Under the pieces are notes generated by a model. It searched no databases and was not told the DNA's origin. It worked only from the letters and a program-made list of their open reading frames with translations. The position numbers were made by a program, and so were the translations under genes. From assembly GCA_965226885.1 (NCBI GenBank), contig CBDDEL010000017.1:128001-192000 (forward strand): 64,000 nucleotides of DNA. Direction: 5' to 3'. This document shows, one piece after another, positions 1-12,972 of the stretch (position 1 is its first letter; each line of letters begins with the position of its first letter). The DNA comes from Opitutales bacterium. GTDB taxonomy: Bacteria; Verrucomicrobiota; Verrucomicrobiia; Opitutales; UBA2987.

Positions 1-506
1 ATGGGCTGCTCTTTGCTTTAGTCTTGGCAATTCTGGTCCTTGATCAAAGCACAAAATACTGGGTGCAGGGGCACCCCGATCTCCCGTTGGGAAGTTATTG
101 GCCGTATGGAGGAATCGAAATCGTGCCCGGATTTTTTTATTTGGTTCATGTGGTCAACGAAGGCGCGGCCTGGGGTATTTTGAAGGGATTTCATTACGGA
201 TTTATCGTTCTGGCCTTTATGGCCCTAGGGGGTATTTACTATTTTAGGAATAGTTTGCTCCTGTATAAAAAATCCAGTCAAATCGCCTTCGGTTTACTTT
301 GCGGAGGCATCCTGGGAAACCTCTGCGACCGGTTACGATGGGGCTTTGTAGTGGATTTTCTCGATTTTCATCTCCCCGGCTACCGCTGGCCCGCCTTCAA
401 TATTGCCGACAGCGCCATAACCGTTGGGGTCGTCCTCTACATCATTTTGAATCTATTTTATTTCACCGGGCCGGAAGATAAAAAGAGCGATTCTCCTCCC
501 CTGTAA
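1..506 (+). CDS. lspA: Lipoprotein signal peptidase (signal peptidase II), 5'-partial
   Basis: Motifs DQSTK, NEGAAWG, GNLCDR, VVDF and FNIAD. The frame is open to the window start, so the true start lies upstream. Confidence 0.95.
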   Translation, partial: GLLFALVLAILVLDQSTKYWVQGHPDLPLGSYWPYGGIEIVPGFFYLVHVVNEGAAWGILKGFHYGFIVLAFMALGGIYYFRNSLLLYKKSSQIAFGLLCGGILGNLCDRLRWGFVVDFLDFHLPGYRWPAFNIADSAITVGVVLYIILNLFYFTGPEDKKSDSPPL

Positions 507-531
507 ACATAGGTCGAACGGTGAGATGTTC

Positions 532-2061
532 TCAGGATTCCCCAATCCGGGAAGCCGCTGCAAAGGATTCTTTGAGGGTGGCATACAAGCTGCCATAGAG
601 AGAATAATTTTCATTGTAACGACCGGCGTTTTCTCCCGGATTGACTTCATCCGTCACGCGAATCGCTTTATCGCAAGCATCTTCCACGGAAGAAAAAACT
701 TCGATTCCCACTCCGGCCAGCAAGGCCGCCCCGTAGGCGGCTCCCTCCACCGTGTTGATCACCTGGATCGGAGTTTCAAATATATCGGCCATCAATTGAC
801 GCCAAAACATGCTTTTGGCGCCTCCCCCCGAAGCCACGATCTGTTTGGAACGGCTGCCCAGATCGCGCATCAGCTCAAGGGAGTCCCGTAATCCAAAGGT
901 TATGCCTTCCAGAACCGCGCGTGTCAAATGAGCCCGAGTGTGCCGGAGGGTTAATCCAAAAAATACTCCTCTGGCGTAATGATCGGGATGAGGGGTGCGC
1001 TCCCCGCTTAAATAGGGGAGGAATATCAAGCCTTCGCTCCCGGGAGTGATCTGGGCAGCCTCCTGCGTTAACAAATCATAGACATCCGTGCTGGTTTGCG
1101 CTTCTTTCTCCATCTCGGAACCGCACAGCGTATTGCGATACCATTGGAAACTGCCCGCCGCCGACAGCATAACCCCCATCATATGATACTTCCCCGGAAC
1201 CGCATGGCAAAAAGTATGAAGGCGTCCTTGCGGATCGGCCCGATACTCATCGGAATGGGCAAAAACGACCCCGGAAGTTCCCACCGTAACGGATACCTTT
1301 CCTTCCCTTACAATTCCGCACCCGATCGCCTGGGCTGCCTGATCGCCCCCGCCCGCCACGATGGGAGCGCCTTCGGCCAATCCGGTTAAGGCCGCCGCTT
1401 CCCGGCTGACCTTGGTCGAGACCACCGGCGATTCGGTCACCTCCGCCATCCAGTGGCGGGGGATGCCGCAGGCCTCCAGCATTTCCTCCGACCAATCGCG
1501 GCGCCCCACTTCCAGTAAGGACATCCCGGAAGCGTCGGAAACATCGGTGAAAAATTCTCCCGACAGACGATAACGGATATAATCCTTGGGCAGGAGCGCC
1601 TTGGCGGTTTGGGTAAAAACTTCCGGTTCATTCTCCCGCACCCAAACGATTTTCGGGGCCGTGAAACCGGGCAATATTGGGTTTCCCGTCAATTGAATGA
1701 CTCGCTCGGGGCCCACCGCATTAGTAATCGCCCGGCATTGGGCCCCCGTTCGCTGATCGTTCCACATGATGCACGGGCGCAATACCTTTCCGCTGCGGTC
1801 GAGCAGCACGAGCCCATGCATCTGCCCGGTTAAACCAATTCCTACGATCTCGCTCCCGGAGATTCCTGCGGTTTCGATAACGCTTTTGATTCCGGTAATG
1901 GCCGCCTGCCACCAGTCCTCCGGATTGGACTCAGCCCAGAGCGGTTTGGGGGTAACAAATTCATGAACCGGCGAAGCGACCGCCGCCACCTCCCCGGATT
2001 CATGCAGAAGCAACGCCTTGACGGAGGAGGTTCCTATATCGAGTCCAAGCAGATAAGCCAT
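532..2061 (-). CDS. xylB: Xylulokinase (FGGY family)
   Basis: GLDIGTSSVK, GQMHG, WNDQR, PYLSGERTP and SGGGAKS motifs; lies downstream of xylA. Confidence 0.95.
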   Translation of the reverse strand: MAYLLGLDIGTSSVKALLLHESGEVAAVASPVHEFVTPKPLWAESNPEDWWQAAITGIKSVIETAGISGSEIVGIGLTGQMHGLVLLDRSGKVLRPCIMWNDQRTGAQCRAITNAVGPERVIQLTGNPILPGFTAPKIVWVRENEPEVFTQTAKALLPKDYIRYRLSGEFFTDVSDASGMSLLEVGRRDWSEEMLEACGIPRHWMAEVTESPVVSTKVSREAAALTGLAEGAPIVAGGGDQAAQAIGCGIVREGKVSVTVGTSGVVFAHSDEYRADPQGRLHTFCHAVPGKYHMMGVMLSAAGSFQWYRNTLCGSEMEKEAQTSTDVYDLLTQEAAQITPGSEGLIFLPYLSGERTPHPDHYARGVFFGLTLRHTRAHLTRAVLEGITFGLRDSLELMRDLGSRSKQIVASGGGAKSMFWRQLMADIFETPIQVINTVEGAAYGAALLAGVGIEVFSSVEDACDKAIRVTDEVNPGENAGRYNENYSLYGSLYATLKESFAAASRIGES

Positions 2062-2103
2062 TTTTTGATGAATGAGTTTTTGGCAAAAATTTAGCCCATA
2101 CGC

Positions 2104-3422
2104 TCAAATAAACTCATTAATCAAGTTTTCGAGCATTTCCTGACGGCCTGAAACATTGACCGGTTCGTCTTTTTCGAGGGCATATTTTTCCAGTTCCTCA
2201 AAATTCGCTTCTCCCGCCTCAATGGAGGCTCCAATCCCTGCATCCCAGGTTTGATAACGCTCTTTGACAAATTCGGCCAAACGGCCGTCCTCACGTATGG
2301 CGTGGGCGATTTTGAGTCCGCGGGCAAAGGCGTCCATGCCCCCGATATGAGCATGAAAAAGATCCACCGGTTCGAAAGACTCCCGTCGCCGTTTGGCGTC
2401 AAAGTTCAATCCGCCCGAGGTAAGGCCGCCCATCCCCAGCACGATCAGCATAATCTGCGTGGTCAGGTAAATATCGGTCGGAAATTGATCGGTGTCCCAG
2501 CCGAGAAAAAGGTTGCCCGTGTTGGCGTCAACGCTGCCGAGAGCGCCGGCATTGGCCGCCACCGTCAGGTCGTGCTCCATGGTGTGCCCGGCAAGGGTCG
2601 CATGGTTGGTTTCAATGTTCAATTTAAAGTGGTCTAAAAGGTCGTATTCTCGCAAAAAATTCAAACATGCCGCCGCGTCGGAGTCATATTGATGGGTGGT
2701 TGGCTCCATCGGTTTAGGTTCGATATAAAATTGCCCCTCAAAGCCGATTTGTTTTTTCCAGTCCACGGCCATGTGCAGAAATTTTGCCAAGTGGTCGCGT
2801 TCGCGCTTCATGTCGGTGTTGAGCAAAGAGCCGTAGCCTTCGCGACCGCCCCAAAAGGTATAACCAAGCCCGCCCAGTTCATGGGTGACCTCCATTGCTT
2901 TTTTCACCTGGGCGGCGGCATAGGCGAAGACATCCGCATTGCAACTGGTGGCGGCTCCGTGCACATATCTGGGGTGCGTGAAGAGACTGGCCGTTCCCCA
3001 CAGCAATTTCTTGCCGGTTCGCTCCTGTTCCTCCTTTAAAGTTTCCACCACAAGATCGAGATTCCTGTTGGTCTCGGCCAGGGAATCGCCCTCGGGCGCC
3101 ACATCGCGGTCGTGAAAACAGTAATAATCTACCCCCAGTTTTTCCAAAAACTCGAAAAATACGTGAACTCGCTGACGAGCGTTGTCAACCGACTCGGAAC
3201 CATCGTCCCAAGGCGTTTGGGCGGTCCCGGCCCCAAAAGGATCCGACAATGGGTTTCGCATCGTATGCCAATAGGCTACGAGGCTACGGCAAAACGCAAG
3301 TGGTCCTTCATTGGTTGTTCTGCAACCAATTCCCCGGCGTCATAATGCTTGAAGGAAAGCGGATTTCTGGAAACAAACCCCTCGTAATTTATTTTCCCAA
3401 CGTCAAAATAACTCTGATTCAT
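2104..3422 (-). pseudogene. xylA: Xylose isomerase, frameshifted by an 8-bp tandem duplication
   Basis: ATG at 3422 reads MNQSYFDVGKINYEG...HLRFAVA then stops. AGGCTACG is duplicated (3273-3288). Removing one copy restores [15 protein letters not shown], in frame with ORF 2104-3261 (FHDRD, WGGREG, IEPKP, WDTDQF). Confidence 0.93.
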
Positions 3423-3498
3423 TTCCTCTTCCTATCTCTATGGAATGCGGCCGATACACTCGATAATCAATAATCTTTTAAAAGTTGGGTTTCGCTTT

Positions 3499-3993
3499 TC
3501 AAATAATCAGTTTTAATTGCTCCTTTGCTTTGAGGAGTGTTTCGGGGGAGATTTCCATGTTGGGCACTTCAAATTCCGTTTCGGTATTACGCAAGATGTA
3601 GGTTCGGGAGTCTGCTCCTCCTTGTCGAGCGATGGGTTTGAGGATTCTTTTTCTTTCCAGTATCAGGGCGAGCAGGTATTTAAGGATGGCGCTATCCTCG
3701 GTTTGGCCGGTTTCGTCCTCAGCTTCATACAAGGATAGAAAAAGTTCCTCGGTCGTTTTAAGAGCCGCCTGGCGGGCTTGCGCTTCCGATTCGGAGGGTT
3801 TGATCAGGTGCCCCCACCAACCGACAACAGAGCCGGAAGGATTGAAGTTTTCCGCTTCTTCGGCCAGAACATCGGCTCTCAGCAATTCGCCTTCCTCATT
3901 TTTGTAGAGGTAACTGACAACCTTTTGGTCCGGTTCCAACGGTTTGCCGGAAGCATGAGAATGCTTTGAAAGGGTCTTTACTCTCCAATCCAT
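3499..3993 (-). CDS. Hypothetical protein
   Basis: 164-aa ORF with ATG start and normal composition, co-oriented with xylA; no family recognised. Confidence 0.75.
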   Translation of the reverse strand: MDWRVKTLSKHSHASGKPLEPDQKVVSYLYKNEEGELLRADVLAEEAENFNPSGSVVGWWGHLIKPSESEAQARQAALKTTEELFLSLYEAEDETGQTEDSAILKYLLALILERKRILKPIARQGGADSRTYILRNTETEFEVPNMEISPETLLKAKEQLKLII

Positions 3994-4097
3994 ATTTGTC
4001 TACATTTCAATGTTCGTGGCAGGGTAGTAAAGACCAATCGGGCTCAAATCTTAAAATTTTCCTGCCATCGTTAAAATTTCAGTTTTAATCCAGACCA

Positions 4098-4664
4098 ATG
4101 ACAACGACAAATGCCAGTATAAAAGAATCGACCGCCTTTCTTCTGGTCGATGTGCAAACCGTATTCTCCCGTGTGTTGCACGGGTATGATGAGCTTGTCC
4201 GGCGGTGCCGGTTCGCGCTGGAGGCGGCGACATTGTTGCAATTGCCGGTTTTTATCTCAGAACAGGTTCCGGAAAAACTGGGAGCGACCCAACCCGAGCT
4301 GGTGGAAGCCGCCCCCGAGGCGAAAATATACACCAAAACGGCATTTTCCGCCCTCAAGGCGGAGGGTCTCCACCTTTCCCTGCAAGAGCAAAATATACAA
4401 CACCTTCTCGTGGGGGGACTGGAAACGCCGGTCTGTATTTACCAAACCGTTGTCGATGCCCTCAGGGCCGGTTACCAGGTCACGCTGCTGACCGATTGCC
4501 TGGGGTGCCGCCGGGAAGATGACGGCAGGGCGGTGATTGATCTTTTAAGTCGGGAAAAATCCTGCCATCCACTCCCTTCCGAAGCCGTCTTTTACAATCT
4601 CTTGGGCGATGCCAAGGCGCCCGCTTTCCGCGCCTATACGGGTTTGGTCAAGAAGTACAGCTAA
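4098..4664 (+). CDS. Isochorismatase-family cysteine hydrolase
   Basis: LLVDVQ, SEQVPEKLGAT, KTAFS and GLETPVCIYQT motifs. Confidence 0.88.
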   Translation: MTTTNASIKESTAFLLVDVQTVFSRVLHGYDELVRRCRFALEAATLLQLPVFISEQVPEKLGATQPELVEAAPEAKIYTKTAFSALKAEGLHLSLQEQNIQHLLVGGLETPVCIYQTVVDALRAGYQVTLLTDCLGCRREDDGRAVIDLLSREKSCHPLPSEAVFYNLLGDAKAPAFRAYTGLVKKYS

Positions 4665-4682
4665 ATATTGCGCTTTTTGGAC

Positions 4683-6053
4683 ATGACTCATTCAACACCA
4701 TCGCAGGCCGATTTTCCCCCTGAATATTCTCAGGAGGAATTGCACGACTGGCCCAGAGATGATTATGCGAAACTCGACGGCAGGCGGCTGGCGGCCAGCT
4801 CGCCGGTCGTGGTGGCTCATTTCCTGGAACGCATGGATGTGGACGACCGCCGCCTTGTTTTGCGGAAATTGCAAGAGGGGGAGGCCACCGATATTCTATC
4901 GGAAATGGATGCCGAAGATTCCGCCGAGGTGGTCGGCGCCATGAACGAGGATCGCGCGGTCAAGATTTTGCAGGAATTCGACCCGGACGATGCCGCCGAC
5001 ATAGTGGCGGAGCTGGACAAGGAAGACCGCGACCGCTTGCTGGACCGAATGGAGCCGGAGAGCGCCGAGAAACTGAAAGCTTTGATGGCTTACGATCCGG
5101 ACACGGCCGGAGGTATCATGACGCCGGAATTTGCCACCATTCTCCCCACCATGACGGTGAACGAGGCCATTGAAAGAATTCGTATGCTGCAAGAGGAATT
5201 CGAGGACATCTACTACATCTACGCCGTTGACGAAGCAATGAAACTGCTGGGAATCGTCTCCATGCGGGATTTGATATTGGCCCCTCCAGAGCGAAAAATT
5301 GGCTACATCATGAACACTCATGTCAAAGGCATCTGCCATCCTGATATGGACCGGGAAGAGGTTTCCCTAACCATCGCCGAATTCAATCTCCTTTCCCTTC
5401 CGGTAGTCGATGAAGCCGGAACCCTGTTGGGCATTGTCACTATCGACGACGCCATGGACGTGGTTCAGGACGAGGCCACCGAGGACATGCAAAAGCTCGT
5501 CGGGGCCGGGGCAGATGAGGATATCCATGATGACATTGGCTACAGTGTTCGCCGTAGGCACCCTTGGCTTCAAGTCAACCTTTTCACCGCCTTCATGGCC
5601 GCGGGAGTGGTCTATTTTTATCAGAAACAGATTGAGCAACTTACTATCCTGGCGGTCTTCATGCCGGTAATGGCCAGCATGGGCGGCAATGCAGGAGCGC
5701 AAACTTTGGCCGTGGCCATTCGCAGCATCGCTCTGGCCCAAGTGCAGGAACACGATGGGCTGCGCATCTGCTCCAAGGAACTGGTCATGGGGCTGCTCAA
5801 TGGTTTGCTCACTGGAGTGATAGCAGCCGCAGTGGCCTATTGGGTCACGGGAGAGGAAATGATCGCCATTGTCGTAATTGTCGCAATGGTCCTGAACATG
5901 GGATTGGCCGGGCTGGCCGGCGCATTTATTCCCCTTTTCCTGAAAAAAATGAAACTCGATCCGGCGCAAAGTTCATCCATATTTTTAACCACCGTAACCG
6001 ATGTGGCCGGCTTTTTTGTTTTTCTCAGCCTGGGCTCTTTTCTTTTGCTTTAG
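4683..6053 (+). CDS. mgtE: Magnesium transporter MgtE
   Basis: MgtE N domain (DDAAD), CBS pair (TAGGIMT...GIVTIDD) and TM domain (GGNAGAQ, DPAQSS, TTVTD). ATG 4683 preferred over TTG 4668. Confidence 0.95.
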   Translation: MTHSTPSQADFPPEYSQEELHDWPRDDYAKLDGRRLAASSPVVVAHFLERMDVDDRRLVLRKLQEGEATDILSEMDAEDSAEVVGAMNEDRAVKILQEFDPDDAADIVAELDKEDRDRLLDRMEPESAEKLKALMAYDPDTAGGIMTPEFATILPTMTVNEAIERIRMLQEEFEDIYYIYAVDEAMKLLGIVSMRDLILAPPERKIGYIMNTHVKGICHPDMDREEVSLTIAEFNLLSLPVVDEAGTLLGIVTIDDAMDVVQDEATEDMQKLVGAGADEDIHDDIGYSVRRRHPWLQVNLFTAFMAAGVVYFYQKQIEQLTILAVFMPVMASMGGNAGAQTLAVAIRSIALAQVQEHDGLRICSKELVMGLLNGLLTGVIAAAVAYWVTGEEMIAIVVIVAMVLNMGLAGLAGAFIPLFLKKMKLDPAQSSSIFLTTVTDVAGFFVFLSLGSFLLL

Positions 6054-6116
6054 AAAAATTTGTCCTGATACTTTTTACACCGGCACACCGGCAATCCGGC
6101 CCAAGGCCCCTGGCCC

Positions 6117-7142
6117 ATGAACCCATCGCATAAAAATTACACCACCGTGGCCGACCTCAAGGGCCTCGGGGAAGACCAGAATGTTCCTTTTGAAGGTGTT
6201 TTCCTTTTGCGCGAGGCTGCTTTGAAAACGGCCCGCAACGGTTCCGAATTTCTCTCCGTGGATTTGGGCGACAAAACCGGCACTTTCCACTTCGTCTGCT
6301 TTAGCGACACTGCCGTGTTTCTTTTCTTTCATGATGCTCCGGTGGAATCAATCGTCCGGGTTCAGGGTATGACCGAGTACTACCAGAATCGCTTCTCACC
6401 CCGCGTCCAGTTCGCCGAAGTGGTTTCGGAGGAAGAAGTTGAATCGCAAAGTCTCCTCAATCACCTGATTGCTTCCAGTAGCGAAGACCGGGAGGAAATG
6501 TGGGCCGAATTGCTTGATTTCTGCCAGGTAATAAAACATGAAGCGCTGAGGGCCGCAGTTATCCAGGCCATCTCTGAAATGGAAGGCAGGTTTAAAACCT
6601 GCGCCGCTGCCATAGCCATGCATCATGCCTACCGGGGTGGGCTTTTAGAGCACACCGTCCATCTTTGCCGGGCCTGCCAGGCCCTCCTGCCCCACTATCC
6701 CGATGTTGACCCGGACCTGGCCCTGAGCGGCCTGATTTTACACGATGTGGGCAAAATGCTGGAATACGAGGGCGAAAGGGTGACCAGGAAAAGCCGCCAG
6801 GGGATATTGCAAGGTCATGTCGTGCTGGGCTATCGGATGGCCCGTAAAGCGGCCCTGCAAAACAAGCTAGAACCCGAACTTCGGGACAGGTTGGAGCACA
6901 TCATTCTCAGCCACCAGGGCCAGTTGGAATGGGGAGCCGCCGTTTTAGCCGCCACTCCCGAGGCGGTTTTCGTCTCCATGCTGGATAATCTCGACGCAAA
7001 AATGGGGATGGTCCAACAAGCCCTCCGGGAAGCTCCCGAAGACGCCGATTTTTCCGGTTACATGCCTGGATTGGGAGGAGCCGTATTGGTTGAACCGCCC
7101 CCGGCCCCGCGGCCAGCGCCCGAGGGTGAAGCTGACGGATAA
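6117..7142 (+). CDS. yhaM: 3'-5' exoribonuclease YhaM/Cbf1 family (OB-fold + HD)
   Basis: N-terminal OB fold (DLGDKTG); HHAYRGGLLEH, HDVGK and HIILSH motifs. Confidence 0.85.
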   Translation: MNPSHKNYTTVADLKGLGEDQNVPFEGVFLLREAALKTARNGSEFLSVDLGDKTGTFHFVCFSDTAVFLFFHDAPVESIVRVQGMTEYYQNRFSPRVQFAEVVSEEEVESQSLLNHLIASSSEDREEMWAELLDFCQVIKHEALRAAVIQAISEMEGRFKTCAAAIAMHHAYRGGLLEHTVHLCRACQALLPHYPDVDPDLALSGLILHDVGKMLEYEGERVTRKSRQGILQGHVVLGYRMARKAALQNKLEPELRDRLEHIILSHQGQLEWGAAVLAATPEAVFVSMLDNLDAKMGMVQQALREAPEDADFSGYMPGLGGAVLVEPPPAPRPAPEGEADG

Positions 7143-7180
7143 ACTGAGTTTACCTGCCTGAGCGTAATGCAAACTAATCG

Positions 7181-7858
7181 TTATCGGACGAGCTTCATCT
7201 GGTTGTTTTCGATAACAACCTGGCTTAATTGGGACCAATTGGGGTTGAGCGCGTCGTATTCTTCACTCTGCAAGAATTTGGACGCCAAAAGATTGAATAC
7301 AATGTCGGGCAAACCGGCAAATTTCGGAATGAGACATGTGCCGATGTACCCGGACTCGGCCTTAAATTTATTGACCCCGGATTCGTTCACAAAATTCCCT
7401 TTGGCCTGGTAAAGGAACTTTTTGCCCTCGCCCAGAATGGGTATGCCCAGTCGGGCAGAAACCTGCAATTGATCGTCTGCGAATCGGAAATTGGGGGTTT
7501 CGGGAACCATGGAAATTTTCGAGAGTAGGCCGCCCTCCCCGTCTGTTTGGGGATTCGGTTTGAAGGTCGATTTGGCCCAGCGGTTTAATTCACCTTCGTT
7601 CAACGTCCTGGTGCCGCTCTGCCCGCTTGCCAGAAAAGTTTTCTTTTGCTTCCAGGTATTGCCAGCTTTGTCCCCTCCGCTGATGAAATAAACAGTCTTG
7701 GGAACGCGCTCCTCTTCCGGCGGGATCTCCTTGACCACTGAAACCGGTAAAATGATGAGATTGGCCGCAGCCAACACTCCACCGATAATGATGCTTAATA
7801 TCGCTGCCACAATGGGCGCGCCCAAACCGGGACCCGATGCTTCTTCTTTTTTAGCCAT
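7181..7858 (-). CDS. Hypothetical membrane-anchored protein
   Basis: 225 aa with one N-terminal hydrophobic helix. Confidence 0.75.
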   Translation of the reverse strand: MAKKEEASGPGLGAPIVAAILSIIIGGVLAAANLIILPVSVVKEIPPEEERVPKTVYFISGGDKAGNTWKQKKTFLASGQSGTRTLNEGELNRWAKSTFKPNPQTDGEGGLLSKISMVPETPNFRFADDQLQVSARLGIPILGEGKKFLYQAKGNFVNESGVNKFKAESGYIGTCLIPKFAGLPDIVFNLLASKFLQSEEYDALNPNWSQLSQVVIENNQMKLVR

Positions 7859-7879
7859 GGTATATTGCCTCCAATCAAG

Positions 7880-8215
7880 TCAAGATTTAGCGCCTACTCC
7901 CGAGGAGCTGGTCTCGTTTTTGGATTTCGATTTGGATTCTGAACTGCCTGAAGTGGCCGCTTTAGATTCCGTTGCGCCGGATTCTTTCTTTTTAACCTCT
8001 TTGTGGGCAGATTCCGATTTCTTGTCGGAACTGTTTTTGTAATCGGTCTGGTAAAAACCGCTGCCTTTGAAAATGATTCCGGCACCGACTCCGATGCGGC
8101 GTTCCAGCGTATCCAATTCACAGGAGGGGCACCGGGTAAGCCGTTCTGCCGTAATCGAGTGGAATATCTCGAATTCCTCCTCACAGGATTTGCAATGATA
8201 ATCGTAGGTTGGCAT
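7880..8215 (-). CDS. FmdB-family zinc-ribbon protein
   Basis: MPTYDYHCKSC...CPSC...FKGSGFYQTDY with a low-complexity K/S tail. Confidence 0.9.
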   Translation of the reverse strand: MPTYDYHCKSCEEEFEIFHSITAERLTRCPSCELDTLERRIGVGAGIIFKGSGFYQTDYKNSSDKKSESAHKEVKKKESGATESKAATSGSSESKSKSKNETSSSGVGAKS

Positions 8216-8239
8216 AGCTCTATATATCTACTGAAAAAA

Positions 8240-8890
8240 TCAATCCGCTGACGCATCTCTCTGCTTTTCCAAAAGACCAAAGAGGATCGTGAAATAGGCC
8301 AGAAGGATGGAAAAGCCAAGGAAAAAGGCAAACCCATAAAGAGGAGCGCCCACAATCATCAGACCGACAAAAAAAAGTGAGGGGAATATTATGGATTTCC
8401 ATCCCGCCAGTAGCATTCGCAATATGGCGTCCAGCCGGAGCAAATCCTGGATATTGTTTCGCGATTGATAGAGATAGAGAGCCGCCGCGCTGCAAGGCGG
8501 GGCCAGCAAAAGAGGCAGCCCCACGGGTAGCAGGCGGAAAAAGGCGTCCAGCCAGCCTTGCAAAAAAGAACTCAACAGGCCGAAAAGGATGAAACTTGCC
8601 AGGTTATACAGACTCCAGCCGATCGCTCCCGCCACCAGGGAAAAGGCCATCAAAAGGACAAAAAGAAGCAGACCCTCGACAAATAACTTGCCCAGCCTCA
8701 ACCACCAACGCTCCAGGCTCGGCAAAACCAGGTTTCCCGATTTTCGGATTTGAAGAGTGTATTCCTGCAAATACCCAAGAATGACAATATTCAATATGGG
8801 CACAAAACTGATCAATCCGCCAACGAGCAATTTGCTGGCAAACCGCTTGTCAGCCATTATCCGCTGGCTAATCTCCTCAAAATTCGGCAT
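8240..8890 (-). CDS. Membrane protein, DUF4013-like
   Basis: Multi-TM protein with LLVGGLISFVPILNIVILGY pattern. Confidence 0.65.
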   Translation of the reverse strand: MPNFEEISQRIMADKRFASKLLVGGLISFVPILNIVILGYLQEYTLQIRKSGNLVLPSLERWWLRLGKLFVEGLLLFVLLMAFSLVAGAIGWSLYNLASFILFGLLSSFLQGWLDAFFRLLPVGLPLLLAPPCSAAALYLYQSRNNIQDLLRLDAILRMLLAGWKSIIFPSLFFVGLMIVGAPLYGFAFFLGFSILLAYFTILFGLLEKQRDASAD

Positions 8891-8995
8891 GTCTTTCAGC
8901 AGTAGAATCCAAAACGAGATTCAAGCAAATCGCCAATACATGAAAAAGCAAATCATAAACGGGACTCCGAAACTGGAACAAATTTCTTTTGCGAT

Positions 8996-9874
8996 ATGAA
9001 TTTTGAGGAAACTTATGAAACTTACCGCCTGCAGGTGGAAGCGGGTATGGAAAAATGGATGCCGCCGACGGATGAACGCCCAGCCCTCTTGCATCAGGCC
9101 ATGCGCTACAGTCTGGAGGCCGGTGGCAAGAGGATCCGCCCGGTCCTCCTTCTGGCCGGATGCCATCTTGGCGCCTCGACGGTTGACCCTATCCCGGCCG
9201 CCGTGGCGGTCGAATGCCTGCACACCTACTCGCTCATCCACGACGATTTGCCAGCAATGGACGACAGCGATCTGCGCCGTGGCCGCCCTTCCTGCCATGT
9301 GCAGTTCGACGAAGCCACCGCCGTTCTGGCCGGCGACGCCCTTCTCACGCACGTATTCTGGCTCCTGGCCGATGCCTATGCCGACCACCCCTCGCTGGCC
9401 GTCGCCCTTATCCGGGAACTCTCCCACGCGGGCGGCAGCCGCAAACTGATCGGGGGCCAAATGGAAGACATTATCCATGAAAAGACCGATTGCACGGCCG
9501 AGCAGCTCGACTATATTCACCTCAACAAAACGGCTGCCCTGATATCGGCGGCATTATCCATGGGGGTGGCCATCTCCCCAGTGGATGGGAAAAATTTGCC
9601 TACAGCGCGGCGGTTGGGGCAAAACCTGGGGCTGGCCTTCCAGATTATCGACGATATTCTGGACGCCACCAGCACATCCGAGAAACTGGGCAAAACTGCC
9701 GGTCAAGACTCCGTTAACCAGAAAAACACCTATGTAAAACTGCACGGCCTGGAAAAATCCAGGCAAAAGGCTGCTGAAACAACCGCCGAGGCATTGCAGG
9801 ACTGCCGAAAACTGGAAGGAGACACCCGTTTCCTCATCGCCCTCATCGAATGGATGGAGCTCAGGCTGCATTAA
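8996..9874 (+). CDS. ispA: Polyprenyl (farnesyl/geranylgeranyl) diphosphate synthase
   Basis: GGKRIRP, SLIHDDLPAMDDSDLRRG, GQMED, KTA and FQIIDDILD motifs. Confidence 0.93.
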   Translation: MNFEETYETYRLQVEAGMEKWMPPTDERPALLHQAMRYSLEAGGKRIRPVLLLAGCHLGASTVDPIPAAVAVECLHTYSLIHDDLPAMDDSDLRRGRPSCHVQFDEATAVLAGDALLTHVFWLLADAYADHPSLAVALIRELSHAGGSRKLIGGQMEDIIHEKTDCTAEQLDYIHLNKTAALISAALSMGVAISPVDGKNLPTARRLGQNLGLAFQIIDDILDATSTSEKLGKTAGQDSVNQKNTYVKLHGLEKSRQKAAETTAEALQDCRKLEGDTRFLIALIEWMELRLH

Positions 9875-9939
9875 CAAGAAGGAGAAAAAGAGGTGTCAGG
9901 TGTCTTAAATTCTGTCTCCTATCTACTATCTCCACCGCT

Positions 9940-12234
<2,295 letters not shown>

Positions 12235-12353
12235 GGTCCGGAGCCGGAAAGAATTAGAAAATAAAAGTCCAATATTACTTGCTTTGAATGGAAAGCTGAG
12301 CTATTCTCAATTTAGTCTCATTAAAAATAAGTGAAGAAAGAATCTTGCATACC

Positions 12354-12839
12354 ATGAAAGCCGAAGACCGTAGAAAGTCCAGAGAGACCTTCAAAGAATT
12401 CCTCACTCAAAAGGGTTTGCGGATGACTAACCAGCGAACGGCCATCTTTGACGCCGTGTTCAATCAAAAGGAACATTTTACGGCGGAAGACCTGCTCGAT
12501 TTTTCGCGGGGGCTCGACCGCTCGGTATCTCGCGCCACGGTTTACCGAACCCTTCCCATTTTGACCGAAGGCGGCCTGGTGAAGGAAATCGATGTCGGGC
12601 GGGACTACAAGTTCTACCTGGCCAACAGGGGCCAAAAAACTGAACAGGCCCAGGTTATTTGCCAGGATTGTGAAAAAATATTTGAAATCGAAGCACCATT
12701 CATGGAATGGTATGCGCGCTCGGTGGCCCAAAAAGTCGGCCTGGAACCGATCAGCCAGCGGTTGCAGGTTCACGCCGGATGCACCCATTTAAAAAAGGAC
12801 GGAAACTGCCCAAACAAAGAATCAAACGCATATAAATAA
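12354..12839 (+). CDS. fur: Fur-family transcriptional regulator
   Basis: [22 protein letters not shown] and CQDC motifs. Confidence 0.88.
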   Translation: MKAEDRRKSRETFKEFLTQKGLRMTNQRTAIFDAVFNQKEHFTAEDLLDFSRGLDRSVSRATVYRTLPILTEGGLVKEIDVGRDYKFYLANRGQKTEQAQVICQDCEKIFEIEAPFMEWYARSVAQKVGLEPISQRLQVHAGCTHLKKDGNCPNKESNAYK

Positions 12840-12972
12840 AAGGAAGAAGCCAGAATGTAATTAACCTGACGCCTCTTTCCAGTATCCCGACACCATCTAA
12901 AATAATTTTGGAAAATATTGTCCGCAAGCATTATACTTTACAATGTGGACTGCTGATTTTAAGGAGTTAACA

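Noticed and set aside
9891..9904. 7-bp tandem AGGTGTC between ispA and priA as another footprint
   Set aside because: Intergenic, different length and no ancestral allele to compare; could be chance.
12290..12325. Possible Fur box upstream of fur
   Set aside because: Only weak, imperfect dyad symmetry and no second copy to support it.
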